Below are positions 16,078 through 25,022 of a DNA stretch of 32,000 bases, one piece after another (within the stretch, counting starts at the first letter, position 1; every line of letters begins with the position of its first letter). The DNA comes from an uncultured Eubacteriales bacterium (GTDB lineage Bacteria; Bacillota; Clostridia; Tissierellales; Peptoniphilaceae): contig UQDI01000010.1 of assembly GCA_900539725.1 (NCBI GenBank), positions 1 to 32,000 on the forward strand, written 5' to 3'. The position numbers and the translations under genes are program-made. The notes beneath the pieces are model-generated. The model worked only from the letters and a program-made list of their open reading frames with translations. It made no database searches and was not told the origin of the DNA.

Positions 16078-16245
16078 AAGAGCTTTAATCAGGTAGAGTA
16101 TATCGCTGTTAACACGAGCACATAAAGAATTAGTAGACCGATTCTATATTGCTAAGTGTACGAAGGTATCATACATACAGGGCTCTTCGACTATAGCTAG
16201 GACCACTTAGGTCTTAAGCAAACGCAGAAATGCAAGGAGGTTTTT
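16078..16245 (+). ncRNA. Candidate structured 5' leader of peptide ABC operon
   Basis: ~165 nt untranslated leader with potential pairings AAGAGC/GCTCTT (16078-16083/16182-16187), AGAAT/ATTCT (16126-16130/16141-16145), CTAAGTG/CACTTAG (16152-16158/16204-16210). Confidence 0.4.
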
Positions 16246-17796
16246 ATGAAGAAATTTATTTCACTTGTTTTGGCGCTAGCGCTTGTTATGACAGTACTTA
16301 CTGGTTGTAAAGGTGGCGGCAACAAGTCAACTGGAGAAAAGAAGGGCGACAAGGACACACTTGTAATCGCTAACGACTCAGATGCTATATCACTAGACCC
16401 AATGGGAACTAACGATAACGCATCTTCTAAAGTTTTAGTTCAAATTTATGAAGGTCTATTCGAACTAAACGACAAAGCAGAAGAAGTTCCTCTACTAGCT
16501 GAAAGCTATGATAAGGTATCTGATACTGAATATGTTTTCCACCTAAGAAAGGGCGTTAAGTTCCACAATGGTGACGAAATGAAGGCATCAGACGTTGTAT
16601 TTTCATTAAAACGTGCTTGTGAAGCACCTAACGTTAAGCACTTGTTCAATACTATCGATGAAGATTCTATCAAGGCTGACGATGATTACACTGTAAGATT
16701 CAATCTTAAGTTCCCTTATCCTGGTATCATTTCATCATTAATGCATCCAGGTGGAGCAATCCTTTGCCAAAAAGAAGTTGAAGCAGCTGGAGACAGCTAC
16801 GGTACTTCTACTGATAAAGTTTGCGGTACAGGTCCATTTAAGCTTGACGAGTGGTCTAAAGCTAACGCTATCAAGCTAAGCAGAAACGAAGACTACTATG
16901 GAGAAAAGGCTAAGATGGCTAAGGTTGAATACAAGATTATCCCTGAACCAACTAACAGACTAGTTGAACTTCAAACTGGTGGAGCAGATATCATTTATGA
17001 ACTACAACCACTTGATGTTGAAAAAGTTGAAAAAGATGAAAATCTTGTTATGTTAAAATCAGCTGACTATGGTACAACTTACCTAGGATTCAACACTCAA
17101 AAGGCACCTTTCGACAATCCAAAGGTTCGTCAAGCTATAGCATACGCTATCGATATGGACGACTTAATTCCAAAGGTTTGGTTAGGTCTAGGAAAAACTG
17201 CATCTAACTCAATGCCACCAACATTAAAATACTCTATCGGTGGAGAAACTAAGGCTAGAACTAGAGACATTGAAAAGGCAAAGGCACTTCTTGCTGAAGC
17301 AGGATATCCTAACGGCTTTGATACAACTATATCTACAAACGAAAGAAAACAACGTGTTGACATGGCAACTATCATTAAAGAACAACTTAAAGAAGTTGGT
17401 ATCAACGTAACTATCAACGTTATGGAATGGTCTGCATTCAACGACGTATTAAAGAATGCTAAACAAGATATGTTTGAAATCGCTTGGACTTCTGATACAC
17501 CAGACCCAGACGCATTCTTATTCCCTTGCTTCCACTCAAGTGCAAAGGGCGAAGGCGGTAACTACTGCTGGTTAGAAGACCCAGAAATGGACAAGATGTT
17601 AGATGACGCTAGACAAGAACTTGACGAAACAAAGAGAGGCGAAATCTACAGAAAAGCTCAAGAATATATTCTTGATAATCAAATTTGGATCCCTGAATAC
17701 TGGTCAGAATTAACTGTAGCAACATCTAAGAATGTTGAAGGTTTTGAAATGAACAGCTTTGGTTACTACAAATTAAACAAAGTAGTTGTAAAATAG
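16246..17796 (+). CDS. Peptide ABC transporter substrate-binding lipoprotein (SBP family 5)
   Basis: Lipobox LTGCKGGG; SVD-like VFSLKRACEAP, FHNGDEMKASDVVFSLKRA, YLGFNTQKAPFDNPKVRQAIAYAID, IPEYW. RBS aaggagg. Confidence 0.93.
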   Translation: MKKFISLVLALALVMTVLTGCKGGGNKSTGEKKGDKDTLVIANDSDAISLDPMGTNDNASSKVLVQIYEGLFELNDKAEEVPLLAESYDKVSDTEYVFHLRKGVKFHNGDEMKASDVVFSLKRACEAPNVKHLFNTIDEDSIKADDDYTVRFNLKFPYPGIISSLMHPGGAILCQKEVEAAGDSYGTSTDKVCGTGPFKLDEWSKANAIKLSRNEDYYGEKAKMAKVEYKIIPEPTNRLVELQTGGADIIYELQPLDVEKVEKDENLVMLKSADYGTTYLGFNTQKAPFDNPKVRQAIAYAIDMDDLIPKVWLGLGKTASNSMPPTLKYSIGGETKARTRDIEKAKALLAEAGYPNGFDTTISTNERKQRVDMATIIKEQLKEVGINVTINVMEWSAFNDVLKNAKQDMFEIAWTSDTPDPDAFLFPCFHSSAKGEGGNYCWLEDPEMDKMLDDARQELDETKRGEIYRKAQEYILDNQIWIPEYWSELTVATSKNVEGFEMNSFGYYKLNKVVVK

Positions 17797-17870
17797 TAGA
17801 ATAATACAAAATGGTGAAGGGGGAGGTGGACATCTTCCCCCTCACATAGTTCAATTATATCGGAGGCATT

Positions 17871-18800
17871 ATGATAAAATATATTATTAAGAGAATTCTC
17901 TATTTAATACCTGTTATTTTATTGGTAAGTCTCTTCGTTTTCTGGTTATTATACATAACACCTGGAGACCCTGCCCGTAACATTCTAGGCCCATCGGCCA
18001 CAGAACAACAAGTAGCAGAACTTAGAGAAGAACTTGGCTTAAACGATCCATTTTTCACGCAATTTGGTAGATACATATCTAACCTAGTATTTAAAGGTGA
18101 CTTAGGCCGTAGTTACAGAACAAGAATGCCTGTAGTTCAAGAAATTGGCAACAGAGCAGGCGCAACTATTAGACTAGCATTTTTAGCTATAACATTCGCA
18201 GTTTTACTAGGTATACCTATAGGTATTATATCCGCGGTAAAACAATATAGTATTTTTGATAACTTGACAATGATATTCGCCCTTATAGGTATATCAATGC
18301 CAGTATTCTGGCTGGGTCTACTACTCATCATGCTATTTAGTGTAAATTTAGGCTGGCTACCAGCATCAGGCTTTGATACGCCTGCTCAATGGGTTTTACC
18401 AGCGATAGCACTAGGAGCTCAATCTGTTTCAGTTATTACAAGACAAACAAGAAGCTCTATGCTTGAAGTAATTAGACAAGACTACATCAGAACTGCTAAG
18501 GCAAAAGGTCAAGAACAAAAGGTCATCACTAAGAAGCACGCTTTGGCAAACGCTCTAATCCCTATCACTACTGTTATCGGTACACAATTCGGACAACTTA
18601 TGGGTGGTGCTCTAATGACTGAAGTTATATTTAGTATACCTGGCATAGGCAGACTTATGGTAGATTCAATCAAGATGAGAGACATACCTCTTGTTATGGG
18701 ATGCGTATTATTCGTTGCAGTTACATTTGCTCTTGTAAATCTAATTGTCGACATACTATATACATTCATGGACCCAAGAGTTAAGAGTCAATATATGTAG
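17871..18800 (+). CDS. Peptide ABC transporter permease (DppB/OppB-like)
   Basis: DPARNILGPSATEQQVAELREELGLNDPFFTQF and C-terminal FDLVNLIVDILYTFMDPRVK-type motif (NLIVDILYTFMDPRV). Confidence 0.95.
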   Translation: MIKYIIKRILYLIPVILLVSLFVFWLLYITPGDPARNILGPSATEQQVAELREELGLNDPFFTQFGRYISNLVFKGDLGRSYRTRMPVVQEIGNRAGATIRLAFLAITFAVLLGIPIGIISAVKQYSIFDNLTMIFALIGISMPVFWLGLLLIMLFSVNLGWLPASGFDTPAQWVLPAIALGAQSVSVITRQTRSSMLEVIRQDYIRTAKAKGQEQKVITKKHALANALIPITTVIGTQFGQLMGGALMTEVIFSIPGIGRLMVDSIKMRDIPLVMGCVLFVAVTFALVNLIVDILYTFMDPRVKSQYM

Positions 18801-18809
18801 GTGAATGAT

Positions 18810-19697
18810 ATGGCAGAAAAAAATATGAAAAAAGAGCAATCAATAAGAAAATCAAAAAGACAAACAGGTCTTAGTGAAGTTTTAAAGAGAATGAAGAGAA
18901 ACAAACTTGCTATGGTAGGTCTAGTTATACTTATCTTGCTAGTTTTGGTAGCGATATTCGCAGACGTTGTTGCCCCATATACTTTCAATGACATGGTTGG
19001 CCCAACATATCAAACACCAAACTCTGAATTTATCTTCGGAACAGACCACTTAGGCCGTGATATATTCTCTCGTGTCGTTTATGGTTCTAGAATCAGTTTG
19101 AAAGTCGGATTCATATCCGTATCCATCGCCTTAGTATTCGGTGTAACACTAGGCGCTGTAACTGGTTACTACGGTGGTAAAGTCGACACTATAATCATGA
19201 GATTCATAGACGTGCTTCAAGCTATACCAGATATACTTTTAGCTATAGCCATCATGAGTGCACTAGGCACTGGCCTTGGTAACTTGATGATAGCCGTTGG
19301 TATAGCCTCGGTTCCAGCATATGCCAGAATCGTTAGAAGCTCTGTTTTAACTATAAAAGATAACGAATTTGTTGAAGCAGCAAAGGCCAATGGTTCTAGT
19401 GACTTTAGAATTATCTTTAAACACATAATTCCAAACTGTATGGCACCTATCATCGTTCAAGCGACTCTAGGTGTTGCTTACGCAATCATTAACGCGGCAG
19501 GTCTATCCTTCATAGGACTTGGACTTGAACCACCTACACCAGAGTGGGGCGCTATGCTATCGGATGGTCGTTCATATATCATGGACTTCCCACACATCAC
19601 ATTGTTCCCAGGTTTAGCCATCGTTATCACCATCTTTGCTCTTAACGTTATGGGCGATGGTCTTAGAGATGCACTTGACCCTAAGCTTAAGAGGTAG
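18810..19697 (+). CDS. Peptide ABC transporter permease (DppC/OppC-like)
   Basis: FIFGTDHLGRDIFSRVVYGSRISL, SFIGLGLEPPTPEWGAMLSDGR, NVMGDGLRDALDPKLK. Start at ATG 18810 after TAGGTGA, not the 18801 GTG. Confidence 0.95.
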   Translation: MAEKNMKKEQSIRKSKRQTGLSEVLKRMKRNKLAMVGLVILILLVLVAIFADVVAPYTFNDMVGPTYQTPNSEFIFGTDHLGRDIFSRVVYGSRISLKVGFISVSIALVFGVTLGAVTGYYGGKVDTIIMRFIDVLQAIPDILLAIAIMSALGTGLGNLMIAVGIASVPAYARIVRSSVLTIKDNEFVEAAKANGSSDFRIIFKHIIPNCMAPIIVQATLGVAYAIINAAGLSFIGLGLEPPTPEWGAMLSDGRSYIMDFPHITLFPGLAIVITIFALNVMGDGLRDALDPKLKR

Positions 19698-19706
19698 GAG
19701 GTTACT

Positions 19707-20744
19707 ATGGAAAAAGGAAATTTACTTAATATAAGAGACCTATCTGTTGAGTTCAATACAGATTCGGGTGTTGTTAAAGCCGTTAATGGCATGAACTTGT
19801 CTCTAAACAAAAAGGAGACTCTTGGCCTTGTTGGAGAAACAGGTGCCGGCAAGACTACTACTGCTCTTGCAATTCTTAACCTAGTTCCTGATCCACCTGG
19901 AATTATTAGCTCAGGTGAGATTGAGTTCGATGGTAAGGATATATTAAAAACTAAAGAAAAAGATATGAGAAAGATTAGAGGGGAAAAGATCTCCATGATC
20001 TTCCAAGACCCAATGACAAGTCTTAACCCTGTTATGACTATAGGTAAGCAAATAGAAGAAGTTCTTGCTCTTCACACTAAGCTTGATAAGAACGGCAGAA
20101 AAGAAAAGACTCTTGAAATGCTTGACCTAGTAGGTATCAGACGTGAAAGAGTTAATGACTACCCTCATCAACTTTCTGGTGGTATGAAGCAAAGAATCGT
20201 TATTGCGATGGCTCTTGCTTGTAACCCAGAAATAATCATTGCGGACGAGCCAACAACTGCTCTAGACGTTACTATTCAAGCTCAAGTTATGGAGCTAATG
20301 AAGGAGCTTAAGAGCAAGTTTGATACATCCATCATCATGATTACTCACGACTTAGGTGTTATCGCTGAAATAGCTGATAAGGTAGCGGTTGTTTACGCTG
20401 GCGAAGTTGTTGAAAGCGGTACTACTAAGGATATATACACTGACAAGAAGCATCCATACACAGTTGGACTTTTCTCGTCAATACCAAAGCTAACTGGTGA
20501 TGTTGAAAGACTTCAAGTTATTCCAGGAATGACACCAGACCCAACAAATTTACCTACTGGATGTAAGTTCCACCCAAGATGCACTAAGTGCATGGAAATG
20601 TGCAAAACAAATGAACCACCGGTTTATGAAGTGAGCCCAGGTCACTTTGTTAAGTGCTTCTTATACAAGGACGGAGCTATGGGTATAGACGGCTCTAAGA
20701 ATGAAGCTAGCGAAGAAACAGCTTCTGAATCAGAAGAAAAGTAG
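19707..20744 (+). CDS. Peptide ABC transporter ATP-binding protein (DppD/OppD-like)
   Basis: GETGAGKTT, LSGGMKQRIVIAMAL, IIADEPTTALDVTIQAQ, NLPTGCKFHPRCTKCM. Confidence 0.95.
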   Translation: MEKGNLLNIRDLSVEFNTDSGVVKAVNGMNLSLNKKETLGLVGETGAGKTTTALAILNLVPDPPGIISSGEIEFDGKDILKTKEKDMRKIRGEKISMIFQDPMTSLNPVMTIGKQIEEVLALHTKLDKNGRKEKTLEMLDLVGIRRERVNDYPHQLSGGMKQRIVIAMALACNPEIIIADEPTTALDVTIQAQVMELMKELKSKFDTSIIMITHDLGVIAEIADKVAVVYAGEVVESGTTKDIYTDKKHPYTVGLFSSIPKLTGDVERLQVIPGMTPDPTNLPTGCKFHPRCTKCMEMCKTNEPPVYEVSPGHFVKCFLYKDGAMGIDGSKNEASEETASESEEK

Positions 20745-20756
20745 AGGAGGAAAGTT

Positions 20757-21713
20757 ATGAGCGAAAATTTCATTGAAGTAAAACATTTATGTAAGTACTT
20801 TCCGACTAAGAAGGGCGTTCTACATGCAGTTGAAGACCTTAACTTTGAGATAAAAAAGGGCGAAACACTTGGCCTAGTAGGTGAATCAGGCTGTGGTAAG
20901 TCAACAGCTGGTCGTGCAATCATCAGATTACATGAGCCAACAAGCGGAGAAATATGGTTTAACGGCGAAGACATCATGAATCGTAAGACTAAAAAGGAAA
21001 TGCACCAATTAAGACGCGAAATGCAAATCGTCTTCCAAGACCCATATTCATCGCTAAACCCAAGACTTAACACATTTGACCTAATTGCGGACGCACTTTA
21101 TGTAAACAAAATTTACGATAGTAAGAAAGAAATAGAAAAAGTTGTTCTTGAAATGATGGAAACAGTAGGTCTTGAGAAGAGACTTATGAACTCCTACCCA
21201 CACGAACTAGACGGTGGAAGAAGACAAAGAATTGGTATCGCAAGAGCCTTAGTAATGAGACCTGAGTTTATAGTACTTGATGAACCAGTATCAGCACTTG
21301 ACGTATCAATTCAAGCCCAAGTACTAAATCTTCTTCAAGACATACAAAAAGAAAAGGGACTAACATACTTATTTATATCACATGACCTTTCAGTTGTTCG
21401 TCACCTTTCAGACAGAGTCGCAGTTATGTATCTTGGACGTATGGTTGAACTAGCAGATTATAAGCAAATATTTGAAAACACATTACATCCATACACAAAA
21501 GCACTACTATCAGCAATACCAGTACCTGAGTATAACTACAAACAAGAAAGAATCATACTAAAAGGCGACGTACCGAGCCCAATAGATCCACCAGACAGAT
21601 GCGTTTTCTACGGCAGATGTCCGATGAGAGATGAAGGTGTTTGCAATGGTCCTCATCCTACTCTAAAAGAAGTAGAGCCGGGACACTTTGTCGCCTGTCA
21701 CTTAGTTAAATAA
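20757..21713 (+). CDS. Peptide ABC transporter ATP-binding protein (DppF/OppF-like)
   Basis: GESGCGKST, QDPYSSLNPR, VLDEPVSALDVSIQAQVLNLL, PPDRCVFYGRCPM. Walker/signature region reads DGGRRQRIGIARAL. Confidence 0.94.
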   Translation: MSENFIEVKHLCKYFPTKKGVLHAVEDLNFEIKKGETLGLVGESGCGKSTAGRAIIRLHEPTSGEIWFNGEDIMNRKTKKEMHQLRREMQIVFQDPYSSLNPRLNTFDLIADALYVNKIYDSKKEIEKVVLEMMETVGLEKRLMNSYPHELDGGRRQRIGIARALVMRPEFIVLDEPVSALDVSIQAQVLNLLQDIQKEKGLTYLFISHDLSVVRHLSDRVAVMYLGRMVELADYKQIFENTLHPYTKALLSAIPVPEYNYKQERIILKGDVPSPIDPPDRCVFYGRCPMRDEGVCNGPHPTLKEVEPGHFVACHLVK

Positions 21714-21811
21714 AAAATTTATTGCTAAAATTGCGATCTTTGAATGCTTTGAATTTTTTCTTCGCTCCACGTACGCTTAAGTACGACGTCGCTTGAAAAA
21801 TTCTCCACTTC

Positions 21812-22019
21812 GCATAATCATCTTGTTTTATCTAAAAAATTAGTGAATAAAGAGGATTGAGCTTACGGATTGATATATTAGTCTTATCCATCATAGCGTA
21901 AAGGTTCTCGGACTTTAGGACGAGGTTCTTCTTTTCTCTTCGAAATTTGTGGATAAAGTTAAGTTGATATTGTAAATGTGTTTACATTGCATAATTATCA
22001 TGTTTTATCTAAAAAATTA
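21812..22019. repeat. Intergenic direct repeats, ~31 bp
   Basis: GCATAATCATCTTGTTTTATCTAAAAAATTA (21812-21842) and GCATAATTATCATGTTTTATCTAAAAAATTA (21989-22019). Confidence 0.75.
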
Positions 22020-22057
22020 AAATTTAAGATCTAATTTAAATAAATTAGTGACTACAA

Positions 22058-22090
22058 AAGCAGATGCATCTTAGGTGCATCTGCTTCTTT
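22058..22090 (+). terminator. Intrinsic terminator-like hairpin
   Basis: AAGCAGATGCA (22058-22068) / TGCATCTGCTT (22076-22086). Confidence 0.7.
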
Positions 22091-22104
22091 ATGTCTTAGA
22101 GCAC

Positions 22105-22132
22105 AAAAAAGGAGCTAGAAAAAACTAACTCC
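22105..22132 (-). terminator. Terminator of LysR gene (minus strand)
   Basis: GGAGCTAG (22111-22118) / CTAACTCC (22125-22132), with an A-run at 22105-22110 giving a U-run on the minus-strand transcript. Confidence 0.75.
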
Positions 22133-22146
22133 ATAAAAAACATTAT

Positions 22147-23055
22147 CTATTTATTTTTCTTTACATAATCTAAGACAAAGTCCTTAAATCTCTTGCCCAG
22201 TGGGCTTAAAGGCTTTTCTCTGTGATACAAGAAGTAGAAGTCTCTTGAGAAGTCCACGCCTTTTATGTTAAGGTACTTAAATCTCTTTTCCTTAATATCT
22301 CTTTCGATTGCAATCCTATTCATAAAGCTAAGGCCGACGCCCTTGCTTACTAAGGACTTGATTGCTTCATTGTCATCGCACGTACCAACTATCCTTAGCT
22401 TTCTAGCGTCTTTCGAGCTTTGATATATAGCGTTGATTATGGTTTCGAGTGAGGCAGAACCATACTCCCTAAGAATAAAGTTTTCATCGAGTATGTCTTC
22501 AAACTTAACTGTATCACCATTCTCAAGGTTTTCAAACTTGTCATTGGGCACTATAAGTACACTTGAGTCCTTAACTAATTTTACAAAATCAAGCTTCGGA
22601 TTGTCATTCATCTTGCCAACGATGGCAAAGTCATTCTCATATGTAAGAATACGCTTGATAGCTTCCTTCGAATCGCTTCCTTGCAGCGAAAAACTGATTT
22701 TCGGGTGCTCTTCAAGGAAAGACTTGATCAAATCAGGAAGGATGTACTCTCTAGGGATGGAGCTCGACAAAATACTTATCTTACCCTGCAGACCTTGGTC
22801 GTAGGCGTCAATCTCATACTTAGCATTGTTGATCTGATCGATGATCTTCTCCGCATGCTCGTACAAAATTTGGCCTGTCGGCGTAATTCGAAACAGCCTA
22901 CCGCTTCTGTCAATAAGTTCACTTCCGACCTCTTTTTCAAGAGCGGTGATGTGATTTGACACAGTTGGCTGAGTTATAAAGAGCTTTTCTGCAGCTTTTG
23001 AGAAACTTTCTAGTCTAACGACTTCAACAAAAGTTTCTATTTGTCTGATATCCAT
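22147..23055 (-). CDS. LysR-family transcriptional regulator
   Basis: MDIRQIETFVEVVRLESFSKAAEKLFITQPTVSNHITALEKEVGSELIDRSGRLFRITPTGQILY is a typical LTTR HTH. Confidence 0.95.
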   Translation of the reverse strand: MDIRQIETFVEVVRLESFSKAAEKLFITQPTVSNHITALEKEVGSELIDRSGRLFRITPTGQILYEHAEKIIDQINNAKYEIDAYDQGLQGKISILSSSIPREYILPDLIKSFLEEHPKISFSLQGSDSKEAIKRILTYENDFAIVGKMNDNPKLDFVKLVKDSSVLIVPNDKFENLENGDTVKFEDILDENFILREYGSASLETIINAIYQSSKDARKLRIVGTCDDNEAIKSLVSKGVGLSFMNRIAIERDIKEKRFKYLNIKGVDFSRDFYFLYHREKPLSPLGKRFKDFVLDYVKKNK

Positions 23056-23119
23056 TTTCTTCCCTCCTCATATATAAAGATATTTTATCACAAGTATTGA
23101 TTTTTTTCAAGCTAAATAT

Positions 23120-23150
23120 ATAAATATTACGATTTTTCAAATAATATTTA
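23120..23150. promoter_or_regulatory. LTTR-type operator candidate
   Basis: Perfect inverted repeat ATAAATATTA (23120-23129) - 11 nt - TAATATTTAT (23141-23150) in the divergent intergenic region. Confidence 0.6.
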
Positions 23151-23234
23151 TGCGAAACTTGACGTAAGAACAATTATGTTTTAAAATATCTTTGAAGAAT
23201 AAAATTTATAGGATAAATATATAAGAGGACGTAA

Positions 23235-25022
23235 ATGAATTATAGTTTTTCTAGCAATATCAAGTTTTTAATTAAAAATTGGTTTAAGAAAGATAGTTTT
23301 GGGACTATCCTTGTATTCTTGTCGGCTATTGTTACAATAATAATACCGCTTTTCGATGCGTACATACTTAAAATGATAACAGCAGCGATTATCGAAGGTC
23401 TTGACGCTGAACAATTTATATTAAGTTTAATCAGTCTATTTATTTTTTACATTTTATTAAAAATTTTAAACACCTGGATGGATACTAGAAATGATTTTTT
23501 CCAAACTAAGGTTAGTATGCTCTACGGTGTAGACCTTATCTCTGCTCTTATGGATAAGGATTTACTTGATTTTAAAACAGCAGAGCAAAAATCTTTATTC
23601 GAAAGATCGAAGTCCTTTGCTTTTGAAGGAGAACAAGCTGATGGCGCTTGGTCTGCGATTAGACTTTCTAAGCTTATCACATCTTTTTTAGGGTTTTTCG
23701 CTTATGCAATTATTTTTTCTTTTCTTAGCTACAAATTAGTCATAATTATTTTAATTTCAGCACTTGTCACAGCCTATTTCCAAGATAGGCTTATGCTTTA
23801 TGGAGACAAAATCACTGACGATATGGCTCAGGAAGAGTCAAGGCACTACTATATGTATAAAGTTTCTTTAGATGATGGTGCACAAAAAGAGATTCGCTTA
23901 AACAATGCTCTTTCATGGTTAGTCTATCACCTAGATAAGATATCAAAAGCATATTACGCGCTTCTTCGCGGATGGACTAAAAAAGCTAATCGAGTCTCTT
24001 TAGTCGAAGGCATCTTTGGCTTCATTAGAGACTTATTTACATACGTTTTACTTACAAAGAGCGTTCTTAATGGAGAGATAAGTGCAGCGAATTTTATCTT
24101 TTATCTAAGCTTAGTAGTTGGTTTTTCAGAGTGGCTAAATAATTTCTCAGGTCATATAAGGTCGCTTAGGAGAATTTCTCTTGTTTGCGACAAGTACAGG
24201 ACTTTTGTTCAAGACAAGGCAGATCTTAATACTGAAAAAATTATTTTAAAGTCAATAGATGAGATAATACTAGAAGATGTTTCTTTTGCGTATGATGAGG
24301 ATAACGAAATTTTAAAGAATATTAATCTTACTATCAAAAAAGGTGAGTCAATCGCCATAGTTGGGGAGAATGGCACTGGCAAAACAACTCTTATTAAGCT
24401 TATTACAAAGCTTTTTGATGCTAGCAGCGGCAGGATTTTAATCAATGGCATCGACATTGATCTTTACGATAAAAAGTCCATTTACAAGAGGATAAGCGCT
24501 CTCTTCCAAGATTACTTTTTGATGCCGACTACGCTTATTAATAATTTGGACGATAAGCAGCAAGATAGGGTTCAGGCAGAAAAGTTTATTGATGAGATGG
24601 GTTTAAGTAATAGATTTACTTCACTAGAAAACGGCTTGGATACTGAGCTAATAAATATCGAAGATAATAAGGTAGAAGGTTTTTCTGGCGGCGAAACACA
24701 AAAGCTTTTATTCATCAAATCTCTTATGAAAGATAGCGACTTATTGATACTTGATGAGCCAACATCAGCTTTAGATCCGATTGCTGAAGAAAAACTTTAT
24801 CTAAAGTACGAAGACTTTACTAAGGACAAGATGGCGATATTTATCTCACACAGAATTACATCAACGAGGTTCTGCGACAGAATTATTTATTTAGATGACA
24901 AAAGTATTGCCGAAGTGGGAACTTATGATGAGCTTATGAACTTAGGTGGAAAATACAAAGCTATGTTTGATATGCAAGCTAAGTATTATAAGGAGAATGA
25001 AAATGAAGAAGCAAGTTTATAA
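23235..25022 (+). CDS. ABC transporter, fused permease/ATPase, subunit 1
   Basis: GENGTGKTT, FSGGETQKLLFIKSL, LLILDEPTSALD, ISHRITS. Confidence 0.93.
   Translation: MNYSFSSNIKFLIKNWFKKDSFGTILVFLSAIVTIIIPLFDAYILKMITAAIIEGLDAEQFILSLISLFIFYILLKILNTWMDTRNDFFQTKVSMLYGVDLISALMDKDLLDFKTAEQKSLFERSKSFAFEGEQADGAWSAIRLSKLITSFLGFFAYAIIFSFLSYKLVIIILISALVTAYFQDRLMLYGDKITDDMAQEESRHYYMYKVSLDDGAQKEIRLNNALSWLVYHLDKISKAYYALLRGWTKKANRVSLVEGIFGFIRDLFTYVLLTKSVLNGEISAANFIFYLSLVVGFSEWLNNFSGHIRSLRRISLVCDKYRTFVQDKADLNTEKIILKSIDEIILEDVSFAYDEDNEILKNINLTIKKGESIAIVGENGTGKTTLIKLITKLFDASSGRILINGIDIDLYDKKSIYKRISALFQDYFLMPTTLINNLDDKQQDRVQAEKFIDEMGLSNRFTSLENGLDTELINIEDNKVEGFSGGETQKLLFIKSLMKDSDLLILDEPTSALDPIAEEKLYLKYEDFTKDKMAIFISHRITSTRFCDRIIYLDDKSIAEVGTYDELMNLGGKYKAMFDMQAKYYKENENEEASL

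Noticed and set aside
16078-16245. T-box or tRNA-like element in the opp leader
   Set aside because: TCAGGTAGAG and TTCGACT fragments look tRNA-like, but arms do not pair correctly and no T-box GGGTGG/ACC motif is present.
17130-17441. Minus-strand 103 aa ORF, and similar ORFs at 18137, 18509, 19217, 19478, 20642
   Set aside because: All antisense to conserved ABC transporter genes; composition is a by-product of coding sequence.
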